A stretch of 64,000 bases of DNA from Methanotrichaceae archaeon (GTDB lineage Archaea; Halobacteriota; Methanosarcinia; Methanotrichales; Methanotrichaceae): NCBI GenBank assembly GCA_963748825.1, contig CAVVKN010000010.1:32001-96000 (forward strand). Direction: 5' to 3'. This document shows positions 20,844 to 29,170 of the stretch, in pieces. The first letter of the stretch is position 1. Every line of letters starts with the position of its first letter. The notes beneath the pieces were generated by a model. The model was not told the DNA's origin. It worked only from the letters and a program-made list of their open reading frames with translations, and made no database searches. The translations under genes were made by a program, and so were the position numbers.

Positions 20844-20859
20844 AAAGTCAGAAAGTCAG
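20844..20859 (+). repeat. Perfect 8-bp tandem duplication AAAGTCAG-AAAGTCAG causing the NLR frameshift
   Basis: Directly visible; deleting one copy restores the reading frame (233-8=225 nt). Confidence 0.9.
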
Positions 20860-21057
20860 CAGGGGTGCGCGATCCTTGCATAGTGCGAAAGTCCTCGTCC
20901 AACGGATGATAGGCAAACTCTCCCTGGGCCGAAAGGGAAACCTGGTTGCCGTCCCCGGTGATGATGACCGTTCTGGTGGCATCGCCCTCAATTGTGACCT
21001 GCTGCGCAGTCTCCATCTTGCTCCTTCATCCGTCTTTAATTCTCGTCGGATATTGCA

Positions 21058-21482
21058 TCATTTGACTTGATTGCTGTCTCCGGTGACAATAACGCTCCCA
21101 CTGACATTCCCGCCAATAGCCACCGATCGCTCACCCCTAGCGATAGCCTTAACATTGCTGGCCTTTGCCTCCTGCCACATGCGGGAAACTTCATCCGCCA
21201 GTTTTTCATCCTCTGCCAGGATTTTCTTAAGCTGCAAGCGCAAGGCCGCCTGTGCGTCTTCATCTTTTGGAGCCGCTACTACATCCGTCACCGCCTCTAG
21301 CGCCGCAGGCTTGGCCTCGACCTTAGGGCGTAGTTTTCCCCACAATCCTTTAGCACTTTCCAGAGCATCTACGCCAAGTTTCTTGCTCGCTTCCTCGGCG
21401 GCCTTCCCGCCCAACTAACCAGATCTGGAAGGAAAGGGGCGAGGAAAGCGGTTATTTCTGTTGCCAATATTGTAACGTCCAT
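21058..21482 (-). pseudogene. Bell/HeLo-like small helical effector with C-terminal amyloid-like motif; 1-nt deletion near 21416 (141 aa when repaired)
   Basis: MDVTILATEITAFLAPFLPDLV continues in another frame as LGGKAAEEASKKLG...LWGKLRPKVEAKPAALEAV...DEDAQAALRLQLKKIL; ends ARGERSVAIGGNVSGSVIVTGDSNQVK. Confidence 0.8.
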
Positions 21483-21491
21483 CGGACATCC

Positions 21492-23002
21492 GAACATGCT
21501 CAATACGTTGAATTTTGCATTAAGAATACGACCGCAAAATATAATTAGTTTTGGATACCTATCTAAAACTAATGGCAGCAATTATGGTGGACGGCATAAT
21601 CAATATCGATCCAGATAAGATCGACTTTGATGATAAAGATGCTGTTAAGAACATCATAATCGCTCTTCTTGGTACCATCGAGCATCTCGTTCAAAGGGAT
21701 ACTAAGCATCAAGAAGTGGAACAACAGCTTAGGGACGAGATAGCGATATTAAAAGGAGAAAAAGGAAAACCTAAAATACGGCCAAATGTCCCAGCGAGAG
21801 AACCACCCGTTCCGAAGCCCATAATCCAAAGTATGGTCGAAGGATTCTAAGAAAGACAAAGTAAAAGTAGACAGACAAGTTACTGTTTCTGTGAAAGGCA
21901 CATTACCATCCGATGCCCGATTTATAGGCTATCGAAAGGTAGTAATCCAAGACGTAATTCTGAAAACAGATAATGTCGAGTACCTGTTGGAGAGACATTA
22001 TTCTCCCTCACTGAAGAAATACTATGATGCAAAGCTCCCTGAAGAAGTCAGAGGGTCGCAGTTTGGAGCTAATCTCAAGGCACTTACGGCAATTCTATAC
22101 ATCTCGTGCCGGGTAACTGAGAACAAAATGTGCCAGCTATATAAAGACATAGGCATATCAATATCTGAAGGCCAAATCTCTAATATCATTACCAAAGAAA
22201 AGCACTTTGAACTTGCTCAGGAAAAGCAAGCTATATTTGAGGCAGGAATGAAGCATGCTAAGTTCATCCAGACAGATGAAACCGGAGCAAGACACCAAGG
22301 AAAGAACCAATATGCACATGTGGTGTGCAATCCATACTTCACTTGTTATTTTATACGGCCAGATAAGAAAAGAGATACCTTGAAAGCCATTTTTGGTCTT
22401 GGTAAAGATGAGCGTTTGAATATTCCTTTGATAACTGATGATGCAAAACAGTATTATAACTTGTCTATAATATGTTGTCTATGTTGGATTCACGAAATCC
22501 GCCATTACAAGAAGTTGAATCCGTATTTAGGATATTATAAACAGATACTTGATTCATTCCTAAGTGAACTTTTCGAGCTTTATCGAATTATTCAACTATT
22601 TAAAATTTATCCAAATTACATTCTCAAAGAGTATATTCTATCGAGATTCGAGGCCCTCATCTTCAAGTCTTATGGTTATAACGAACTTGAGCTGAGATTA
22701 ACCGCAACTTGGGGAAATCGAGATCGATTGTTTCAGGTTCTGGATTATCCATATATTCCGCTCCATAATAACGAGTCTGAAATAGCAGCTCGCGAACCTG
22801 TTGTTAAGAGAAAGATCAGCTACGGAACAAGATCAGAATTGGGCAAGTGCGCATGGGAAAACGGTTTATCTATTAAGGATACGTGCAGAAAACTTGGGGT
22901 GAGCTTCTTTCAATATATGCACGATATTTATTCAAAATCATTTGCCATGCCGAGGCTAGCTGAGATACTGACTATTGCCCAATCATAGTATTGAGCATGT
23001 TC
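21492..23002 (+). mobile_element. IS66-family-like insertion sequence (single-ORF, ISBst12-like size), 1511 bp
   Basis: Perfect 15-bp TIRs GAACATGCTCAATAC (21492-21506) and GTATTGAGCATGTTC (22988-23002); 8-bp target duplication GGACATCC at 21484-21491 and 23003-23010; AT-rich. Confidence 0.92.
21572..22988 (+). pseudogene. IS66-like DDE transposase, frameshifted around 21815-21835
   Basis: N-terminal coiled coil LRDEIAILKGEKGKP; downstream frame WSKDSKKDKVKVDR..., QTDETG, ITDD, CWIHEIRH, HNNESEIAAREPVVKRKISYGTRS. Confidence 0.85.
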
Positions 23003-23027
23003 GGACATCCCTCAACATATGTCAAAT

Positions 23028-23035
23028 CATATAAG
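23028..23035 (-). promoter_or_regulatory. Putative TATA box of the effector-NLR operon, now separated from it by the IS
   Basis: Minus strand CTTATATG lies about 27 nt from ATG 21482 once the IS and one TSD copy are removed. Confidence 0.5.
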
Positions 23036-23160
23036 CTCTAAGCTGCAATCTACGGAGTATTCTGTTGAAGTTGAATTAAAGCTATTCCCAAAAAATAAAA
23101 TAGCCTGCCGCAGATTAAAATATCCTATTCTCTATTGAACCCGGTTTTTTGTATGATAGG

Positions 23161-23193
23161 AGAAGAAAAAGAAGGCGGGGAATTGCCGCCTTC
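23161..23193 (-). terminator. Hairpin plus U-tract terminator downstream of mat
   Basis: GAAGGCGG/CCGCCTTC stem followed on the minus strand by TTTTTCTTCT. Confidence 0.55.
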
Positions 23194-23232
23194 CCCCCTC
23201 CCACCATTTTGCAGAAAAGTATCAACGGCTTT

Positions 23233-24423
23233 TCAGTAGGTGCTGAGCTCCCCTCTAAACAGCATCTGTTGCAGCTTGGGAATATTGGCCAGCCAATCGT
23301 CCAGGATCTCCGTGGCCCCCGCCTCCAGGCTCTTCATGTCAACGCCCTCTTTGGGCACGATCTGCACGCTGGCAATATGCGGCTCGTCGATGGGCTTGCC
23401 GATCTGCGATAACATTTTGATGTAGACCTCATCAATGCCCGGCACCTCGGCTGCGATCTTGCGGGCCGCCTCCGAGCTCAGCAGGTTGTAAATCTTGCCC
23501 ACATGGTTGATGGGATTCTTGCCGCAGGTGGCTTCCAGGCTCATGGGTCGATTGGGTGTTATCAATCCGTTGGCCCTGTTTCCTCGCCCCACAGCTCCGT
23601 CGTCTCCCATTTCTGCCGATGTGCCCGTGACGGTGATGTAGACAGAGCCCTGCTCGATGTTGTCAGCCACGTTCATCTGCGCGTTTACTTTTCGGGCCGT
23701 GAACTGCTTGGAGTATTCGATGATGTGATCCACGATATCGCTCTTCGTGTGCACATAATCCTTGAGGTTCGCCACATGCCGATCTACCATGGCGCAGGCG
23801 ATTGTCAGATTGATGACATCCCCCTGGCGCATGCCCATGACCTTGATGTCCTCGCCTATGGCCGGGACGCTCTTCTTGAGCCTCATCAGCTCGCGCTCGG
23901 TATTGAAGACGATGTTCTCCGTCTCAGAGAGAGGCGCATATCCCACACCAAAAGAGGTGTCGTTGGCGGAGGGCACTTTGCGACCGAATACATCCCTCAG
24001 ATCCGAGGAGCCCATGCCGATCTTGGCATCAAGGATGACGTGATTGTTGACGTCCAGGTTGGAGAGCGACTCGCTCAAGAGCTTTCTCCCGGCCTTGATG
24101 GCGATGGTGTCTACGGGAATCTCCTCTTCCTTGAAGACCCTGGTGGCACGGCCTGTGAGAAGAATGTAAAGCGGGCAGATGACCTCGCCGCCTCCAAAAG
24201 CGGGCTTGGACCTGCCTGCTACAATTTGCGTCTTGTCGGTATTGTGATGCAGCACCGCTCCAAATCTATCAAGGTATTCCTGGCAAAGGGCCCGGCTGAT
24301 GGACTCAGCGAGACCATCCGCCACGCTGTCCGGGTGTCCAATGCCCTTGCGCTCTACCAGCTCTATTTCTTGCTGCTCCAACGGTCTTTGATTGAGGCGT
24401 TCAACCTTGATATTTCTCTTCAT
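23233..24423 (-). CDS. mat: S-adenosylmethionine synthetase, archaeal type
   Basis: [59 protein letters not shown]. Confidence 0.95.
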   Translation of the reverse strand: MKRNIKVERLNQRPLEQQEIELVERKGIGHPDSVADGLAESISRALCQEYLDRFGAVLHHNTDKTQIVAGRSKPAFGGGEVICPLYILLTGRATRVFKEEEIPVDTIAIKAGRKLLSESLSNLDVNNHVILDAKIGMGSSDLRDVFGRKVPSANDTSFGVGYAPLSETENIVFNTERELMRLKKSVPAIGEDIKVMGMRQGDVINLTIACAMVDRHVANLKDYVHTKSDIVDHIIEYSKQFTARKVNAQMNVADNIEQGSVYITVTGTSAEMGDDGAVGRGNRANGLITPNRPMSLEATCGKNPINHVGKIYNLLSSEAARKIAAEVPGIDEVYIKMLSQIGKPIDEPHIASVQIVPKEGVDMKSLEAGATEILDDWLANIPKLQQMLFRGELSTY

Positions 24424-24577
24424 GACCAATCCTCTGAATATGATCGTATAACAAATCTCTGGGCTTAACTGAATTACAATCTCATATTAAGGCTTTGCAT
24501 TTGCTTTGCGCTTCGCCATGCAATATCAAAAAATAAAATTGCTTTTAAATAAATAATTGTTTTAAAATTTAAAAAAA

Positions 24578-25369
24578 TTACTGCGTGAGTCCCACGCGCC
24601 ACTTAAGCATCCTGTCCTCTACTACATAGCGGAAGGTGCGATCTATGGCGAGGCCCAGCAGACCCAGCACAATCATGTACATGAATACTTCATCCATTCG
24701 GTAATGGCCGTAAGAGTCCCAGATCTTGAATCCGAGACCATTCTTGCTCACCCCAAACATCTCGGCGGCCACAAGACACATCCAGGCAATTCCCATGGCA
24801 ATCCGTATGCCGGCCGCAATGGAGGGCAAGGCGAAAGGCAGCGCGACATACCTTATCAGATCGATATCTTTAGTTGCACCCAAGACTTTTGCCGATTCAA
24901 CATACACTCGCGGCAGGCTCTTAAAGCCCACGTAGGTGTTGATCAAGATGGGAAAGACCGCTCCTATGAAGATAATAAAACCTGCTGCTGTATTGGTTAT
25001 GCCAAACCAGATAATGGCAAATGGAATCCAGGCCAATGGGGGTATGGGGCGCAATATCTCCACAATGGGGTCCATAATATTGTCAAAAAGCTTGAACCAT
25101 CCCATGATCATTCCGACGGGCAATGCAATTACCAGACCACCCGCCATGCCGATGGCGAAATGAAGAGAGCTGACCGGCAGGTCCTCTGTGAAAATCGACA
25201 GCCAATTTTCCAGAAAAGCAGCAACAACCTGGAAAAAACTGGGCAAAGTCAATTGGTCGTTGACCAGAAAGGCAGCCAACTGCCAGAGAGCTATTAACCC
25301 AAAAATGGAAAGGACGGAAATGCCCTGATTTCTCAGGACATTCAAAGTCCTACTGGCTTTTCTAAGCAC
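24578..25369 (-). CDS. NitT/TauT/SsuC-type ABC transporter permease
   Basis: LRPIPPLAWIP, EAA-like ESAKVLGA, LPFALPSI, WMCLVAAEM. Confidence 0.9.
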   Translation of the reverse strand: MLRKASRTLNVLRNQGISVLSIFGLIALWQLAAFLVNDQLTLPSFFQVVAAFLENWLSIFTEDLPVSSLHFAIGMAGGLVIALPVGMIMGWFKLFDNIMDPIVEILRPIPPLAWIPFAIIWFGITNTAAGFIIFIGAVFPILINTYVGFKSLPRVYVESAKVLGATKDIDLIRYVALPFALPSIAAGIRIAMGIAWMCLVAAEMFGVSKNGLGFKIWDSYGHYRMDEVFMYMIVLGLLGLAIDRTFRYVVEDRMLKWRVGLTQ

Positions 25370-26405
25370 CTTTCACCCTCTCGTAGAGACTGGTATCGAA
25401 GAGATCCTTCTCAGTCAGCTCCCTCTTGGTATACTTCATCTCGTAGTCGACTTTTGCATACTCGACTGTTGAAGGTATCTGGACATTAGGATCGCTGACC
25501 CACTTGCCATCCCAGTTCTTTATGGAATGCTCAATTTCCGTGATATTCGCTTTGGTCTTCTTCGCGTATATCTGTGCGGCCTCATCAGGATGAGCATTGA
25601 TGTAGTCGGTCGCCTTGATATGGGTCTTGATGATCTGCTCTACCAGCTGCGGCTGCTCTTTGATGAGCTTGTCCGTGACTACCAGGCTGCAGCAGGCGTG
25701 GTTCGGGTACATCTCGCCCGAGGCTACTGCATGTTTGCCCTTGCCTTTCAGCTCAATTATTGATGGCGCTGGATGAGGCAAGAAGACACCATCGATCTTG
25801 CCTGCGGACAGAGCACTGATCCCAGGTCCCGGGTCCATGGCTTTGATATCGACCTTGGAGACATCCACCCCGTTCTCCATGAGCCATTTCTTCATGACTG
25901 TGTCCTGAATCGATCCGGGCGGGAATGTGCCGATGGAAAGGCCTGCCAAAGATGCGGGTCCATTGTAGACCAGATCCGGCCTGAGGACCAGATCTGAGCC
26001 GTTGATGTTAACCGCAGCTACGATCTTGGCGGGCAGTCCAGCCGATATGGCAGAAATGGGCGGCGCAGTTCCCACATAAGCGATATCCAGCTCCCCGGCG
26101 ACCATGGCTTGCATCTCCGGAACTCCCGTGGGGAACTCAAACTCCTTGATCTCAGTTATGCCGAAAGGCAACAAGTCTTCTGCCCACCAGCCCTTTTCGG
26201 AAGCGACCATCTCTGCGATCTGATGGGTACTGGGCTGGTACCCTATGCGCAGGGTAGAAATCATGCCGGGCATCTTCTCTTGGAGGGAGACATTCTCCTT
26301 CTTCATATCCGTGGAGACGGCCTCTTTCTTCTCCGGAGCCGAGATGCAGCCCAGCGACATCACTACCACAGCCGCCAGGATGGCCATAATTATGAATTTC
26401 TTCAA
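25362..26405 (-). CDS. NitT/TauT/SsuA-type ABC substrate-binding lipoprotein
   Basis: Lipobox-like VVMSLGC; LRIGYQPSTHQ, AGELDIAYVGTAP, PPGSIQD, HACC. Confidence 0.88.
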   Translation of the reverse strand: MKKFIIMAILAAVVVMSLGCISAPEKKEAVSTDMKKENVSLQEKMPGMISTLRIGYQPSTHQIAEMVASEKGWWAEDLLPFGITEIKEFEFPTGVPEMQAMVAGELDIAYVGTAPPISAISAGLPAKIVAAVNINGSDLVLRPDLVYNGPASLAGLSIGTFPPGSIQDTVMKKWLMENGVDVSKVDIKAMDPGPGISALSAGKIDGVFLPHPAPSIIELKGKGKHAVASGEMYPNHACCSLVVTDKLIKEQPQLVEQIIKTHIKATDYINAHPDEAAQIYAKKTKANITEIEHSIKNWDGKWVSDPNVQIPSTVEYAKVDYEMKYTKRELTEKDLFDTSLYERVKGA

Positions 26406-26699
26406 ATGCGATCACCTGAGTTGCGACTTTGCTCATTTCGTTGAAAGATCGGTATAAAGCAGTTTCCAGCCAGGGGGCATTATTTTCTTAGAAGGGATAA
26501 TAGATGAAAATAATCCTACAATAGTATTGAAGGGACCTGACGCAGGGCGAAAAGCGTTTCTAGAAATAGATTAATGCCATTTTCAAGTAGCAAGAATTCC
26601 CTCATGAAAAGTGATTTGGATGGCGCAGGTTTGGCTAGCGCGGATTTGACGAGAGCCCGGGTTCGGCATCATGCATCATAATAGAGGCAGCGGATTGTA

Positions 26700-27983
26700 A
26701 TGGTTGGATCTTATTCTGAGATATTGGAACGGATTATGCAGGGCGAGGCTGTTGTTATCACGGCTCAAGAAGTCGCCGAGCTGGTTGAATCAGGCGAATC
26801 GTCCCGGCTCTCCGAGGTCGACGTTGTCACTACGGCCACCCGAGCAGTTATGAGCGGCACCTACGCAGTTCTTTCTTTTCCCGTGGCAAGGCCGGCATCA
26901 TTCCTCCGGGCAAAGAGGGTCTTAATCAACGGCATAGCCGCACAAGTCGGGCCCTGTCCCAACGAGAACCTGGGCGTCTTAGATTTGGTGGTATTTGGAA
27001 CGGCCCACAGTCAGAGCCGGCCCAATTACGGTGGGGGCCATCTCTTTCGCGATCTGGTAGAGAGAAAGAAAGTTCACGTCGAGGTGGAGACTGATGATGG
27101 ACGCACCCTGAAGGCCGAGGTCGGACTGGATGAGATGCCTCATGCCCGGCTCTTTGGATCGCGCCACGCCTTCAAGAACTACTCGGCCTTCGTTAATGCG
27201 GGAGCGGAGCCGGTCAACACCATCTTTCACTCCCGCGGCTTTGCCCCCCACTGCCGGGAGGCGACGTTCTCCGGTTGCGGCCGGATAAATCCCTTGAAAA
27301 ATGATCCTTTTTTGGAGAGCATAGGCATAGGAACGCGCATTCTCATAAACGGCGCAGAGGGCTTCGTCCTGGGCACAGGCACCCGCAGCAGCAAAGAGCG
27401 GCCCAATCTGTCCGGCTTTGCCGATATGCACAAAATGAAGCCGGAGTTCATGGGCGGCTTTGTCACCTCCGCCGGCCCGGAGTGCATCTGCTCCTGGGCC
27501 GTGCCCATACCCGTTATCAGCGAGAATATTCTGGAGGAGATTGCCCGGTCTGATAGAGACATTGCTCTGCCTGTGAACGATGTCAACACCAGGACGGTCA
27601 TCGGCCAGGCCGACTACGGCGATGTCTGGACGGATGTGGACCTGGAGGTCGAGTTTGAACCGGAGAACTGCTCGGGCTGCACCCCTTGCCTGGTGGAGGA
27701 AGCATGCCCCATGAAGGCCGTAAGCCGCGAAGATGACATAGTCAGCCGGGATGAAGCATTATGCTTTCATTGCGGTCTTTGCGCCACAATTTGTCCCTCT
27801 GCAGCCTTCTCGTGCCGCCTGGGGGCCATCCAGCTGAAGACCGCGATGGGCAACGTCAAGACTATCCCCGTGGTGCTGCGCCAGTCGGATCGGCTGCGGG
27901 CCATAAAGCTCGCTGAGGATCTAAAGAGAAGGATTATGGACGGCTCTTTCAAGATGACGGAGCCGGTCGAGCGCATCTCATGA
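26700..27983 (+). CDS. Methanogenesis marker 16 metalloprotein (DUF39-like domain with ferredoxin domain; linked to coenzyme M synthesis)
   Basis: VDVVTTATRAVMSGT, GPCPNENLG, SGCGRINPLKND, GGFVTSAGPE, CSGCTPC...CP and CFHCGLCATICP; adjacent to comDE. Confidence 0.8.
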   Translation: MVGSYSEILERIMQGEAVVITAQEVAELVESGESSRLSEVDVVTTATRAVMSGTYAVLSFPVARPASFLRAKRVLINGIAAQVGPCPNENLGVLDLVVFGTAHSQSRPNYGGGHLFRDLVERKKVHVEVETDDGRTLKAEVGLDEMPHARLFGSRHAFKNYSAFVNAGAEPVNTIFHSRGFAPHCREATFSGCGRINPLKNDPFLESIGIGTRILINGAEGFVLGTGTRSSKERPNLSGFADMHKMKPEFMGGFVTSAGPECICSWAVPIPVISENILEEIARSDRDIALPVNDVNTRTVIGQADYGDVWTDVDLEVEFEPENCSGCTPCLVEEACPMKAVSREDDIVSRDEALCFHCGLCATICPSAAFSCRLGAIQLKTAMGNVKTIPVVLRQSDRLRAIKLAEDLKRRIMDGSFKMTEPVERIS

Positions 27984-28509
27984 AACGCTCGATAATCTCC
28001 TGCGGAGAGAGGCTGATGATGGGAACATTGGCATTGCCCGCATCAACTTTTACGATTACTACCCCCCGACCCAGGAGCACCTCGGGCAGATCCTCGACCT
28101 TATCGACCTTCTTGACATCCTTGACGCCGGCCGCTTTCGCCAGGGCGAAGAGGTCAGTGCCAAGGTGGGTGCAGGTGGGCTGCGAGCCGGTGGAGCCGTA
28201 GCAGCAGTTGTCTAGAATCACCAGCAGATAGTTCTCGGGCGCATAATTGGCAATGGTGGCCAGCGTCCCCAGGTTCATGAGCACCGAGCCGTCCCCGTCC
28301 AGGACCATCACCTTTCGCTCCGGACGCGCCAGGGCCAGGCCCAGACCCATGGAAGAGGCCAGGCCCATGGAACCGAGCATGTAGAAGTTTTCCGGGCGAT
28401 CTTTTACTGAGAATAGCTCCCGGCTGGGATAGCCGATGTTGCAAACCAGCAGGGCATCCTGGGCCGCAGCTGCCTCTGCCGCCAGGGCGATGACCTCGAT
28501 GCGCAACAT
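27949..28509 (-). CDS. comE: Sulfopyruvate decarboxylase beta subunit
   Basis: CNIGYPSREL, NFYMLGSMGLASS, TPP motif DGDGSVLMN...DN, YGSTGSQ; TAATG overlap with comD. Confidence 0.9.
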   Translation of the reverse strand: MLRIEVIALAAEAAAAQDALLVCNIGYPSRELFSVKDRPENFYMLGSMGLASSMGLGLALARPERKVMVLDGDGSVLMNLGTLATIANYAPENYLLVILDNCCYGSTGSQPTCTHLGTDLFALAKAAGVKDVKKVDKVEDLPEVLLGRGVVIVKVDAGNANVPIISLSPQEIIERFMRCARPAPSS

Positions 28510-29003
28510 TATCCCCTCCAAAACTCCAAATCCAGGAGCACAGCCACGGGACGGCGGGCCGCAGCCGCCTGGCCCCAGGCCTGTGCCACCGTCTCCTCCG
28601 CCTCTCCTGGCAGGGGCGAGAAATGAGGGATGGCCATGGCGTCGAGCAAGGGAGCCGTGAGCTGACCCATGGGCACCTGACCGACTATGCTCTCGCCCTT
28701 GCTCCCCCGGTGGCTGATGATCATAAGCAGAGGAATGCTGTAAAGGATGTCAAGTGAGGCCAGGGCGTTGATGCTGTTTCCCAGGCCCGAATTTTGCATG
28801 AGCAGCGCAGGCCTCCGCCCGCCCATCCAGGCCCCGGCGCAAATTCCTACGCCCTCTTCCTCGCGGGTGACGGGCACGTGGATGATCTCCGGGTCGCCGC
28901 TAACCAGAACGAGCAGCTCTTGCAGGTTGACGCAGGGCACAGAGGTCACGAAGTTGATGCCGGCGCGCTTCATGCCCTGATAGACGGCGAGGCTGGGATT
29001 CAT
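28509..29003 (-). CDS. comD: Sulfopyruvate decarboxylase alpha subunit
   Basis: SVPCVNL, TREEEGVGICAGA, MQNSGLGNSIN, ISHRG, QVPMG. Confidence 0.9.
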   Translation of the reverse strand: MNPSLAVYQGMKRAGINFVTSVPCVNLQELLVLVSGDPEIIHVPVTREEEGVGICAGAWMGGRRPALLMQNSGLGNSINALASLDILYSIPLLMIISHRGSKGESIVGQVPMGQLTAPLLDAMAIPHFSPLPGEAEETVAQAWGQAAAARRPVAVLLDLEFWRG

Positions 29004-29170
29004 TTCTCTTCCCCTTATCCTGCCAGGCCAAAAAACCTTCTGCAAGAACCAGGGAGCCATTCCTGGGAAGTGAAGTTTCGATCCATGCTTTTAGTTCGAG
29101 CGATAGGTTTTACATTAAATCAAACTCATCAAGGTCCAAGATCGTAGATAGAGAAAAACGGAGATAGAAA

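Larger units (their letters stand above)
18645..21016 (-). pseudogene. NLR-like receptor: N-terminal amyloid-like motif + STAND-type P-loop NTPase + HAT/TPR repeats; frameshifted by an 8-bp duplication (787 aa when repaired)
   Basis: AAGGAG RBS and ATG 21016; removing one AAAGTCAG copy (20844-20859) joins ORF 20726-21016 to ORF 18645-20783 through PADFYNGTRPNWANIAAQHDSPRRM; Walker A GLSGEGKTT, Walker B LVICFDE, RHPWIAE, then 34-aa repeats. Confidence 0.85.

Noticed and set aside
21415-21417. Pyrrolysine readthrough of the TAG preceding the 21058-21414 ORF
   Set aside because: The credible N-terminus (MDVTILATE...) is in a different frame, so a 1-nt deletion explains the break, not amber readthrough
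21810-21850. Programmed ribosomal frameshift in the IS66-like transposase
   Set aside because: No clear slippery heptamer with downstream structure at the junction; mutation or sequencing error is more likely
23503-24468. Long antisense ORFs (also 9781-10626, 14753-15595, 29840-30571, 37659-38555)
   Set aside because: Shadow frames opposite well-supported GC-rich genes, with no recognisable motifs
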